A stretch of 50,362 nt of DNA from a virus. A program made the translations under genes and the position numbers. The notes beneath the pieces were generated by a model, which saw nothing but the letters and a program-made list of their open reading frames with translations, was not told the origin of the DNA and did not search any database. How positions within the stretch are numbered: the first letter of the stretch is position 1; each line of letters opens with the position of its first letter. Of the stretch, positions 31,859 through 41,255 are shown piece after piece. The stretch is from the UHGV virus genome UHGV-0113347. The stretch is one strand, 5' to 3'.

Positions 31859-32674
31859 ATGAGCAAAAACTTTTTTCAATCCGGGGCATTTTTGGGGAAT
31901 GGACTGTCCCGTTTCGCTTTGAACTCTGATCCTGTGCAGCTGATGGAGTCTGCCCGAGCAAGCGCCGAACCGCCAACAGATCCGGTTATTAATAATAATC
32001 CGGAACCGGCGGCACAGACTAACGATAACGTTCCATCTGCCCCGGCTCCAGAGCAAATCCTGGAAGGGAAAGACGGTAAAGAATGGACCGTCGAACAGGC
32101 GCACCAGATGATTCTGGAAGCTGCAAATCGAAGTGCTATGCAGAATGCGTTGAGTGATGCGGCCGACGCCGTTTTCTCCTGGGCTGATAGCGGTGATCTG
32201 ACTTTCGACTCCCTTGATGGTTTCGTTCAGGCTATCGCTGGTATCTCTGATGACGACGACTCCGAAGTTACAGAAGAACAGGACGATGCCTATAACGAAG
32301 CATGGGCAAATGTTGCTGACTTCCTCGCAGCATGCGGTGTAGATGATGACCTGATCGAAGCACTGGCTGACGATGAAGACGACGACGCTGCTGCTGATGT
32401 TGGTGCCTCTATCGCTGGTTTAGATAGCGACGACCGCGACGAACTGGAAGCGGCGTTTGTTGTTGCTGGCACTTCTGATGAAATGCTGACTGAAGCATTT
32501 AAGAAGGTTGTTCGTAACGGTGAGATCAAACTCATCCGTAAACGCCTGCGTAAAAAACGTCTGACTGCGGCTCAAAAATCGGCGCTGAAAAAAGCGCGTC
32601 GAAAAGCCCAGACCGGCGCGGCAAAACTTGCCCGCAAAAAGTCAATGAAACTGCGCCGTAAGCGCCTTGGCTAA
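31859..32674 (+). CDS. acidic protein with strongly basic C-terminal tail (271 aa)
   Basis: D/E-rich blocks in residues ~100-200; last ~50 aa K/R-rich. Confidence 0.5.
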   Translation: MSKNFFQSGAFLGNGLSRFALNSDPVQLMESARASAEPPTDPVINNNPEPAAQTNDNVPSAPAPEQILEGKDGKEWTVEQAHQMILEAANRSAMQNALSDAADAVFSWADSGDLTFDSLDGFVQAIAGISDDDDSEVTEEQDDAYNEAWANVADFLAACGVDDDLIEALADDEDDDAAADVGASIAGLDSDDRDELEAAFVVAGTSDEMLTEAFKKVVRNGEIKLIRKRLRKKRLTAAQKSALKKARRKAQTGAAKLARKKSMKLRRKRLG

Positions 32675-32709
32675 AGGAGGAGGCCGGAGAACTCCGGCCT
32701 TTAACTTGA

Positions 32710-33291
32710 ATGGCACCTATACCTTATGGGGTTTACAGCCAGGCTGACGGTGTATCGCCATTTCTGAAAGTTACTTTAACGAACTCTCAGTACCAGGTTA
32801 CCGGATATATCAGCCAGGGAGCGGCAATGAACATGGCCCAGAATTGGGAAGCGCCGTTTACCGGTATGTCCATGGGATCTGTTTCTGGTGCTCTGGGTGG
32901 TTTTGTGCAAGTAGGTACTGAAACAACGTCGGTTGCCCGTTGGAATAGCTTAATGGTTTGGGAAGGGGGGACTCCGCCGACGTTCACGCTGCCTGTAACT
33001 TTCATTGCTTTGAACAATCCATTCATTGAAGTTTCAGGCGCTATCGCCGCGTTGACAGCCATGATTAGCCCGGAACTAAAAGCGGCCAATGTTGGTGGTC
33101 GAATCCCGGAGCGCGTGACGCTAAACATTGGTCGCCGGATCAACATCACCGATGTCGCCATCCAGGACTTAAGTTTTGATCTCGATGCGCCAAGGGACAG
33201 TAATGGATATTTCCTGAAAAACACCGTCAACCTCCAGTTGACCGGTTCTTCGATATATAACAGCTCCGATATTGTTCGGGCGTTCCAGTAA
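32710..33291 (+). CDS. late structural protein (193 aa; possible tail tube-type)
   Basis: ORF in late operon; no motif recognised. Confidence 0.4.
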   Translation: MAPIPYGVYSQADGVSPFLKVTLTNSQYQVTGYISQGAAMNMAQNWEAPFTGMSMGSVSGALGGFVQVGTETTSVARWNSLMVWEGGTPPTFTLPVTFIALNNPFIEVSGAIAALTAMISPELKAANVGGRIPERVTLNIGRRINITDVAIQDLSFDLDAPRDSNGYFLKNTVNLQLTGSSIYNSSDIVRAFQ

Positions 33292-33302
33292 AAGGATTTT
33301 AT

Positions 33303-33812
33303 ATGGGGCACAATAACACTAAGGGAAACCGTAAATTTATTAAGGGCCGCTATACTGCCAACGCGGCCAAAGGCGAACGACTGGTATCTTCTGAATTCCA
33401 GCTCACTTTTGCAGGCCATGAAGATATCAGCGTACTGGTTCGCACGTCGCAAATCCCTGAAATGACACGCGAGGATGTGGAGGACTATGGTCCGAATGGT
33501 GTGAAGTTCAACCAGCACGGACCAATTCGAAACTCTGGGGAAATCCAGGTCCAGTGCGTGGAGACTATCGAAGGCGATATTCTTCAGTTCATCAAGGATC
33601 GCATTGCGGCGAAGGACTATGTTGATATCACGATGGCTGCTACCCCTGAATCCAAATCTTCCGGGGTTAACGCTGTGACAAAAGCTGCTACAACAATTGA
33701 AATGTTGGACTGCAAAATCTACAGTGATGCAATCGACTTTAGTACCGAAGATGTGACTGCCGCTGTGCGCCCGTCACTTCGTATCGTCTACAACTGGATT
33801 GAGTGGGATTAA
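33303..33812 (+). CDS. late structural protein (169 aa)
   Basis: ORF in late operon, followed by a strong terminator. Confidence 0.4.
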   Translation: MGHNNTKGNRKFIKGRYTANAAKGERLVSSEFQLTFAGHEDISVLVRTSQIPEMTREDVEDYGPNGVKFNQHGPIRNSGEIQVQCVETIEGDILQFIKDRIAAKDYVDITMAATPESKSSGVNAVTKAATTIEMLDCKIYSDAIDFSTEDVTAAVRPSLRIVYNWIEWD

Positions 33813-33830
33813 GAGTCATCCCTTGTATTT

Positions 33831-33855
33831 TAAAGCTCCTTCGGGAGCTTTTTTT
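33831..33855 (+). terminator. rho-independent terminator
   Basis: aaagctcc-ttcg-ggagcttt followed by TTTTT. Confidence 0.7.
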
Positions 33856-33983
33856 ATAACTATTTTATATAAGAATGCATCGATAACATTGTCTTGAGTT
33901 TTATGTTAGATTATTAATGTTCTAATAAACTACAATTATTGAGGTAGATGTTTGTGCCTGTACTGTTAAAGGGGGACTCTAAA

Positions 33984-34580
33984 ATGGCTGTGATTCCAAT
34001 GTCGTACTCCCCGGGTACTGTCGCTCGTCGATTTTCGATCCTGGACGGAGTTACCATCCAGGGTGTGCTTTACCAGGTTATATGGGATTCCAAAACCCCA
34101 TTTGCAGCTGTAATAGAGGCTGCGCCTTCTGTTATCGATGGTGATATGCGCCATAAGGTTGTCGCTACTCTTGAACTTCAACGTCGCCCGCAGCTTGAAG
34201 GCGTACTGGTAAGGAAGTTCTGGGAGGATAGCGATGTTGCCCAGATTGAAGGTATCGTGGTTGATGGAACCGTCCGGGATGTCGGTTTAGCTACTTTTGT
34301 TTACGAAACCGTAGCCTCAAAAGCTGGTGTTGTTTTGCTCAGTGATAATGAGCAATACGAAGGTGGAAAAGCTCTTTGGCAACACATCGCCCGTCGCTCT
34401 TCCGAGCTAAAAGTGTTTATCCTCGACACCGATGCCGCTCAGTATTACCCGTTTGACGGCGAACGTGTTTGCTATGACGGGGTAAGTATTCCTGAATCCG
34501 AGATATGGAGTGAACACCCAGATCGAAGTAAGCATGGGGTTGTTCTGGTCGCTGAATCCATAATTGGAAAGGCGGCATAG
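33984..34580 (+). CDS. hypothetical protein (198 aa from internal ATG)
   Basis: ATG at 33984 after AAGGGGG; track start TTG at 33948; AT-rich promoter-like upstream. Confidence 0.4.
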   Translation: MAVIPMSYSPGTVARRFSILDGVTIQGVLYQVIWDSKTPFAAVIEAAPSVIDGDMRHKVVATLELQRRPQLEGVLVRKFWEDSDVAQIEGIVVDGTVRDVGLATFVYETVASKAGVVLLSDNEQYEGGKALWQHIARRSSELKVFILDTDAAQYYPFDGERVCYDGVSIPESEIWSEHPDRSKHGVVLVAESIIGKAA

Positions 34581-34762
34581 CAGTAAAAAATTCCTTGCTC
34601 CTAAAAAGGGGAGAGGGCTAATCTACGTATGCTAAGCATAGATATGGCCTCAGATTAATGTTAAGCGTCTTGCAGGACGCGTAATGTTATCTGGGGCTTT
34701 CTTCTATCTGCTTGTCGGGTAATGCCTGAAGCAGATAGCCTCAAGCACCCGCAACGATTGTA

Positions 34763-35008
34763 TCAATGTCTGGCTTTTTTTCTATAGAAATCACCTGGAA
34801 GGGTGAATATCCACATCAGAAGAAATGTTGCAGCAAACATGATCCCTAATGGCCAGACCGCGCCAAAGAAAATCCATTCTAAGATCTCCTCTGCTTGTTC
34901 TTTGCGGTCGATATCGACAAGCATTTTTCGGCTGATCATGTATACACAGAAGCCAATACAAACATATCCTGCAAAAGCGATCGCTAACTGTAAAAAATCA
35001 GATTGCAT
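34763..35008 (-). CDS. small membrane protein (81 aa, 2 TM)
   Basis: ATG at 35008 with GGAG RBS ~40 nt downstream of a C1 operator-like site. Confidence 0.4.
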   Translation of the reverse strand: MQSDFLQLAIAFAGYVCIGFCVYMISRKMLVDIDRKEQAEEILEWIFFGAVWPLGIMFAATFLLMWIFTLPGDFYRKKARH

Positions 35009-35038
35009 CTCCGACCTCAAACTGAAAACGCCAGGTGA

Positions 35039-35055
35039 CTCCAGATTAGAGCAAT
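35039..35055 (-). promoter_or_regulatory. weak C1 operator-like site
   Basis: ATTGCTCTAATCTGGAG, 12/17, conserved left half. Confidence 0.35.
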
Positions 35056-35058
35056 CTA

Positions 35059-35904
35059 TCACCCTCTGAATCCTGCCGGTATACCCCATTGTTCGTTATC
35101 TTTATTTTTGGCTAAAACCGCATTAAGAGCTTCGTTTACCGTCATGCAATGCGGCAAATTATCGAAGTTTGATACCCCGCCAATATCAGGAGAACGCTTG
35201 TTCTTCAGGTAAGCATATTTCCGCGCTGCCGCCTCTACTTTCTGCTTGAACTCATGTTTTTGAGCGCGCTTTTTGGATAACCGCAGATTGTCAGCCTTTG
35301 CTTTTGCCTCAGCGATCCATGAAGTCAATTTTTTGAGTCTGCTCGTTCCGGCACCGCCGGAAACTGATCTTTTTGTTTTTTTAACTTGTGACTTCTTATT
35401 CTTTATTGCCACGTCATCCTGACAGGGGGAGGGGGTATCATTTTGACATGGGGGTGTGGATAAAAAATTAAATAAAGCCAATGTCTTAGCGAGAACAGCT
35501 TTAACCTTGGTTGCCGCTGAAGAGATCTTTAATTTGCTTTCAATCAGCGCATTTTTGGCTTGTTGTGCGAAGGCCAAAAAGGATGGCGTAAACCGGTACA
35601 GGTTAGCGCGACGTTCACGGTGATCGCCGATAACAATCTCTACAGACAGAATTCCTTTGTTTACAGCTTCACGGAATGCACGAACGACGGTTGATTGGCT
35701 ATAACCAGTTTCTGCCGCGATCAGGCGGTGAGGCTTGTGAATGAAGTATTCACTGGTTGTTGCCGCGAGATTTGCACATTGCGACAGGATATGCCCGGTG
35801 CTACGGGATAGACCGGAGTGTGTTACAAAGCAGGCCAATTCATAGCCAGAAAAAGTAAAATCGCTCATCGTTATACAGCTCAGGAAAGTGACTTTAGCCA
35901 GCAT
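35059..35904 (-). CDS. repL: lytic replicon initiator RepL-like protein
   Basis: 281-aa ORF directly downstream of kilA-like gene; HTH-like N-terminal region, basic C-terminal half; identity by context. Confidence 0.6.
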   Translation of the reverse strand: MLAKVTFLSCITMSDFTFSGYELACFVTHSGLSRSTGHILSQCANLAATTSEYFIHKPHRLIAAETGYSQSTVVRAFREAVNKGILSVEIVIGDHRERRANLYRFTPSFLAFAQQAKNALIESKLKISSAATKVKAVLAKTLALFNFLSTPPCQNDTPSPCQDDVAIKNKKSQVKKTKRSVSGGAGTSRLKKLTSWIAEAKAKADNLRLSKKRAQKHEFKQKVEAAARKYAYLKNKRSPDIGGVSNFDNLPHCMTVNEALNAVLAKNKDNEQWGIPAGFRG

Positions 35905-35933
35905 TACAATGCTGGTGGTTCTTACTACGTCTG

Positions 35934-36734
35934 TTAGCGCGTTGCCGCGACAGGTACCAGCACACCAGCATCAAGCAATCGCTTCATCAGCCACTGCTGA
36001 CCTTTGCCGGTTATACGAGTCGTGAAAGAAATCCTGCTTCCATTGCTTGTATCGATCACGGTTTCTTTAAGGGTGAAATACCCACGGGATATGTATTCTT
36101 GTTTGGGGACGTTCCTGCGTTCACCGGTTGCGATCAGAATTCCGTTATCACGCAACCAGGTGAAGAGATAGTTTTGGCCCAGGCCGAGCACTTTGGCATA
36201 GTTGCCGATTAGAACCCCGCTGGCGGTAGCAACGCGTTCGGCGAATTCGACTTTAGGTGCATCCATAAGCATTTTTTGCTCCAGCCGTTGCTTTTGCTCT
36301 GCCAGGTCGGCAGCCAAACGGAGAGCTTCAGGGAGACTCTGCGGAATAGCAGGTTGTAATCTTCCGGCTCGATAGTCGATAAATGTCTGGTTTACCTTCA
36401 GCCGAAACGCGGGAGAAATCCAGCCTGCGTACTCCACTGCGAGCAATTCATGGGCAAAAGTGCCGCCGCCACGGCCTTCGAACGAAACTATGCAATTCTG
36501 CATAGTTTCTTTTTCAAGCTCTTCGATGAGCTGTTTGGCTGACAGCGTTCTTAGCCATTGAGCTGGCGCTTTATGGGCACCGAGTCCGCTCGCTCTGTGT
36601 AGAGCATTAAGGTTGTAACGGCCAGCGCGGTCGGTCGTAATTTCAACACCACAAATAACAGGCAGAGTGGTTGAAGGATCGACATTTTGATGAAGGTTTG
36701 ATATATTCATATCCGCATTGAATGTTTGTTGCAT
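35934..36734 (-). CDS. kilA: KilA-like protein (KilA-N domain + C-terminal domain shared with Ant)
   Basis: 266 aa; C-terminal ~100 aa ~65% identical to the Ant C-terminus. Confidence 0.65.
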   Translation of the reverse strand: MQQTFNADMNISNLHQNVDPSTTLPVICGVEITTDRAGRYNLNALHRASGLGAHKAPAQWLRTLSAKQLIEELEKETMQNCIVSFEGRGGGTFAHELLAVEYAGWISPAFRLKVNQTFIDYRAGRLQPAIPQSLPEALRLAADLAEQKQRLEQKMLMDAPKVEFAERVATASGVLIGNYAKVLGLGQNYLFTWLRDNGILIATGERRNVPKQEYISRGYFTLKETVIDTSNGSRISFTTRITGKGQQWLMKRLLDAGVLVPVAATR

Positions 36735-36803
36735 TTTTTCTCCAAATTTGCATCAACCTTCAATCACCAGCTCGAAATGGTGATTCTTTGCACTTAGAAA
36801 ACG

Positions 36804-36820
36804 AAATTTATTAGAGCAAA
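36804..36820 (-). promoter_or_regulatory. C1 operator-like site for the kilA-repL unit
   Basis: TTTGCTCTAATAAATTT on minus strand, 16/17, between ant stop and kilA start. Confidence 0.65.
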
Positions 36821-36897
36821 TTTTTCTGACTCGATCCAGATCGGGTTGGTCGATCTGCTCAGAAACCTGCCAGTTTGCTGGCAGGTTTTTTCTTTTG

Positions 36898-37941
36898 TTA
36901 ACCTATTGCTACTGGTTTTAACAAACCAGCATCAAGTAGCTTGCGAGTTAACCACTGCTGGCCTTTACCCGTTAATTGGGGCGTCAGCCGTATCTGGTAG
37001 CCATTTTCATCATCCAGCACCACTTCTTTCACCGTGAAATATCCGGCGTTGATGTACTGTTGGCGCGGTACGTTTTTGCGCGCACCAAAAGCCATGAGAA
37101 TGCCGTTCTGGCGCAACCATGAGAAAAGGGCGTTTTGCTTAAGTCCAACGACCTTTGCAAAGTTCCCGATCAGGATTCCATTAGCCACTGATACCCGGTC
37201 GGCAAAATCTACTTTAGGGGCTGCGGCCACCAGCTGTTGTTCCAGCTGCATTTTCTGTTCTGCCAACTCGGCAGCCAGGCGTAGAGCTTCTGGTAATGTT
37301 TGGGGGATCGATGGGGCAGGGGAGTTTGCCTGCTGCAATTCTTCCAGTTTGTCGATCAGCGAACGGCGGACCGCTTTTGACTCGCGCGCGGCGACTCGCA
37401 GGGCTTGTTTGTAGGTCATGGTGATGACCTCAAAAGAGCGCCCAGCCCTTGTGCCATGGGATTTTGCACTTTTTGTGTAAAATTCACCTTCAAGTTCATC
37501 GAGTATTTTTTCGATGAATTTATTGTTTCTAACCTCTGGTTCTCCACATAACTTGCGTGCCTCATTGACCATCTTCAACAATGTTTGGCTGTCGATTGTG
37601 TCTCCGGTGTTGGGGATGATATTCACGGCTGGTGCTGGCGTAGCTGACGTAACAGGTGCTGTTTTTTCAACATTCAAATTATTACCGGTCATTCTATGTG
37701 CCTCCTTTCTTATTTCTGCTGCCACTGTTGCGTAACGTAGACGTCCTTGTTCAATCAAATAATCCCTGATCTCGGCTATCAGTAGCCTGTTGATCACAGC
37801 CTTATCTGTTCGGGTATAAAAACGCCTGGTTATCATGAAATAGTTAGCAATTGCGCCGGGGATCTCCCGTGTCGGCATACAGGCAGTATGCAAAGCGATC
37901 GCTTCGGCTATTTCATTACGGGTGACGAGAGGTTTTTTCAT
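36898..37941 (-). CDS. ant: antirepressor Ant (Ant1; in-frame internal start at 37692 would give Ant2)
   Basis: 347 aa; C-terminal domain paralogous to KilA; start overlaps icd stop (ATGA). Confidence 0.65.
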   Translation of the reverse strand: MKKPLVTRNEIAEAIALHTACMPTREIPGAIANYFMITRRFYTRTDKAVINRLLIAEIRDYLIEQGRLRYATVAAEIRKEAHRMTGNNLNVEKTAPVTSATPAPAVNIIPNTGDTIDSQTLLKMVNEARKLCGEPEVRNNKFIEKILDELEGEFYTKSAKSHGTRAGRSFEVITMTYKQALRVAARESKAVRRSLIDKLEELQQANSPAPSIPQTLPEALRLAAELAEQKMQLEQQLVAAAPKVDFADRVSVANGILIGNFAKVVGLKQNALFSWLRQNGILMAFGARKNVPRQQYINAGYFTVKEVVLDDENGYQIRLTPQLTGKGQQWLTRKLLDAGLLKPVAIG

Positions 37942-38159
37942 AAACCCCCCTGAACGTCGGCAGAGAAGGGGAGGTTCCAGTAACTAAGTGAATTGCGCGA
38001 GTTAGTAGAAAAACGGGCAGTAAAAATGCAGGGGCCATCAGGCAATTGAGAGCGTGCTTCGTCTTCAGTTGCTGCGATAACGAAGTGATAGTGGTGTTTT
38101 TTACAGGAATAGAAACGCCAGATGAATTCTGGGCGTGTGCAAGGATTGGCATTAACCAT
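37938..38159 (-). CDS. icd: small protein translationally coupled to ant (Icd-like)
   Basis: 73-aa ORF, stop overlaps ant start; position matches the icd-ant arrangement I recall for P1. Confidence 0.45.
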   Translation of the reverse strand: MVNANPCTRPEFIWRFYSCKKHHYHFVIAATEDEARSQLPDGPCIFTARFSTNSRNSLSYWNLPFSADVQGGL

Positions 38160-38214
38160 AGTTACGGCCTCACTAACAGGTTTAACAACCTGCTACCCGC
38201 TGTCAAACAGGTGG

Positions 38215-38295
38215 CAGGACGTGACAGGGTTGACAGACTGGCGTTAGTGAAACCAGCAGGCCGAAGCCTCCCCATCACGCCCCACCATAATTCGG
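38215..38295 (-). ncRNA. c4: candidate c4-like antisense RNA (approximate coordinates)
   Basis: Between operator and icd; contains CCAGTCTGTCAACCCTGTCAC complementary to two TTTGACAGC motifs (38199-38208, 38367-38377) on the same transcript. Confidence 0.3.
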
Positions 38296-38472
38296 GCGTA
38301 ACGCGGTTTACGGACACAAAAATACCGCAATATCGGAAATCTGCGGTTGTCCGCACTAACATTCAGGCTGTCAAACCCGGTCGCAGAATTTGCTAAGACG
38401 GTGGAACTATAAGCCTGAACGATTAAAAGGTCAATATGATGCGAAAAGATAGCATTCGCGACTTAAAAATAC

Positions 38473-38489
38473 AAATTTATTAGAGCATT
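38473..38489 (-). promoter_or_regulatory. C1 operator-like site heading the c4-icd-ant unit
   Basis: AATGCTCTAATAAATTT on minus strand, 16/17. Confidence 0.65.
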
Positions 38490-38585
38490 ATTTGTTTAAT
38501 AAATACACAGTTGGATCTAATAACCTCTTTTTTTTAAAGGCGAAAATATGTACCCTAAATGAGTTATAAGGCAGGTGAGGTTATA

Positions 38586-38717
38586 ATGAGAAAACTATTA
38601 CTACCGTTATTATTTATGGCTGGGACTGTTAATGCAGCATCAAGCGTAAAGGAGATTTGTACCGATTATACGAAATACCTTGGGCACGTTTACGCCTTTG
38701 CGATCAATGACTATTAA
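38586..38717 (+). CDS. small secreted peptide (43 aa precursor)
   Basis: ATG after AGGTGAGG; signal peptide MRKLLLPLLFMAGTVNA; AT-rich codon usage. Confidence 0.4.
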   Translation: MRKLLLPLLFMAGTVNAASSVKEICTDYTKYLGHVYAFAINDY

Positions 38718-38738
38718 TCCATGCGTAGGAGTGGATTT

Positions 38739-39056
38739 ATGCTGATTCGTTTGTTTTTAGTGCTTTCCTTTTTAACATTTAATGTTTTTGCTGATGAAGT
38801 TGACTTTTCGAAGGTAGATTGCAATTCAGTGGAAACAAGAAAAGCTCTTATTGAAGAATATAACGAAATATTATCGTCATATGGAATAACAGTGGTTGAT
38901 TCTTATAATCAAAAAACTATTCAGAAAGGAATAAATAAACTGGTCTGTTATGGGGTTTACCAATATTCAGATGGCTCTTCGGAGTATGTTATTTATAAAG
39001 CATACCCAAATAGTCTTGGTGAATTAATTAGTGAGTTTAAACCGATTAATGAGTGA
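38739..39056 (+). CDS. small secreted protein (~105 aa)
   Basis: ATG after AGGAG; signal peptide MLIRLFLVLSFLTFNVFA; ~30% GC. Confidence 0.45.
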   Translation: MLIRLFLVLSFLTFNVFADEVDFSKVDCNSVETRKALIEEYNEILSSYGITVVDSYNQKTIQKGINKLVCYGVYQYSDGSSEYVIYKAYPNSLGELISEFKPINE

Positions 39057-39063
39057 ATGGAAA

Positions 39064-39843
39064 ATGAAATTATTTAATGTAATAACATTTTGTTGTGCTA
39101 TTTTTGCTGGAAGCGCGATAGCTGATAATAAATTGCCAGATTGGCTTTCTACCTCAAAGAAAGATTATGATTTAGTAAGGGCATTCTATTTGTCTGGATT
39201 TGCTTCGAAAGCAATGAACAATCAATTTGGTTATCATTTGCCATCTGAGTTGGTTAATGATTTTAAAGATAATGAATTTGCTGCTCAGGAAAAATGGAAC
39301 ACAATTCCAATTGTGTATGGTGAAATAAAATCCATAAGAATGGTGAATAATAAACCAATTGTAGAATTATTTACTCCAGGGGAAAATGCAACGCCACTAA
39401 ATTATATCAAATTGAAAATATTGGATTCAAAGCAAGACTCTCTGTTAAAACTAAAAAAAGGGGATGATATATATGCAGTGTGCTCCGGTGCTAATTTTAG
39501 CTTAGTGCCAATTCTGAGCAACTGCACTCCAGCAACAGACGTCATTGATGCTGCACTCTCTTTTTCTGGTGAATATATGTTCCCTGCTTTTGATTCTTTT
39601 TCACCTACTAAGCAAAACGTCAAATATATATTCACAAATCAAGATCCTGTTCAGATGATGAATTTTATAGGGTACCTATCCTTAGTCGATACAACGAAGG
39701 ATAAGAATAAAATGGATATGGTTCGTAAGTGTACGCCTTGGAAGCCGGAATGTTCACAACAATTCGTTGATGTAATGGAAGGATTTGATAGCATCATGTA
39801 TAAATATGAGGGAGAATTTAAAAACTACATAGAATTAAAATAG
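39064..39843 (+). CDS. secreted protein (~260 aa), candidate superinfection-exclusion (Sim-like)
   Basis: Signal peptide MKLFNVITFCCAIFAGSAIA; AT-rich; adjacent to the immunity region. Confidence 0.4.
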   Translation: MKLFNVITFCCAIFAGSAIADNKLPDWLSTSKKDYDLVRAFYLSGFASKAMNNQFGYHLPSELVNDFKDNEFAAQEKWNTIPIVYGEIKSIRMVNNKPIVELFTPGENATPLNYIKLKILDSKQDSLLKLKKGDDIYAVCSGANFSLVPILSNCTPATDVIDAALSFSGEYMFPAFDSFSPTKQNVKYIFTNQDPVQMMNFIGYLSLVDTTKDKNKMDMVRKCTPWKPECSQQFVDVMEGFDSIMYKYEGEFKNYIELK

Positions 39844-39878
39844 TGTTTGAAAGGATAGTCAATTTAAGTTTTAACACA

Positions 39879-39907
39879 ACGCCCATTAAAGGGCGTTTTA
39901 TTGTTTT
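39879..39907 (+). terminator. rho-independent terminator
   Basis: acgccc-attaaa-gggcgt then TTTTATTGTTTT. Confidence 0.6.
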
Positions 39908-40001
39908 ACTCAAAACAACCTGATTATGTGATAACCATATCATATCCCTCATTCCACCTACACTGATTACCCCCCAGACAACAATATTCCTACTCAATGA
40001 A

Positions 40002-40021
40002 CAAATGACTACTCGTAGAAT
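40002..40021 (+). promoter_or_regulatory. late-promoter-like element
   Basis: CAAATGACT-actcg-TAGAAT, within an 11-bp inverted repeat CTCGTAGAATC/GATTCTACGAG, ~30 bp before the 40053 start. Confidence 0.5.
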
Positions 40022-40028
40022 CGGTTAA

Positions 40029-40619
<591 letters not shown>

Positions 40620-40629
40620 GGGGGCTGAT

Positions 40630-41241
40630 ATGGGGCTTAATGTTGCTTCAGTAAAGTCTTATGTATCTTCGGCATTAACGACGACATTATTTGGCTCCGG
40701 CGTTGGTGAGCGGGAAGTTGGTAAGCTGACGTCAATCATCATGAACAAAATGCTGTTCGCGCAAGGATGGCAGTTCTCTGTCGAAGTTGATGGACTGGAG
40801 GGGGCAGACTTCTTTGCCAAAGACATTACCTACCACGATTACAGCATCGAATATGAAACGATTAAAATCGGCGGAGGGAATATCCTTCAACCAACGGAGC
40901 GTTCGCCTGGGCAGATAACGATGATGGTCAGGGATACCGTTGATGGCCTCGTTTTGGACTGGTTTAAGACGGCAAAAAGTCGGGTGATCAATCCGGACGG
41001 TACCGGGAATATACCGTCTAAATATTTGCTCAATGTGCGTATTTATCGGTTGCTGTCTTCTGGCTTAACCAAACTGGAAAATGAGATGACGGTATTCCCG
41101 GTCACTACCGGCGATGTCACCTATGCGCGGGATCAGGTTACGGAATTTAAGTCATTCCCAATGACCTTCGCATTGCACAGCACGTTTAACCAATCCTCAA
41201 GTTCTTTGGCTTCCCTTCTGGGCTTTAGTTTTTCTCTTTGA
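40630..41241 (+). CDS. late structural protein (203 aa; possible baseplate/tube-like)
   Basis: ORF in the operon leading to the tape-measure-like gene; no motif recognised. Confidence 0.4.
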   Translation: MGLNVASVKSYVSSALTTTLFGSGVGEREVGKLTSIIMNKMLFAQGWQFSVEVDGLEGADFFAKDITYHDYSIEYETIKIGGGNILQPTERSPGQITMMVRDTVDGLVLDWFKTAKSRVINPDGTGNIPSKYLLNVRIYRLLSSGLTKLENEMTVFPVTTGDVTYARDQVTEFKSFPMTFALHSTFNQSSSSLASLLGFSFSL

Positions 41242-41255
41242 ATTAAGGAGCAAGG

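Noticed and set aside
38162-38362. 66-aa minus-strand ORF upstream of icd
   Set aside because: Lies in the predicted antisense-RNA region with no RBS; more plausibly non-coding.
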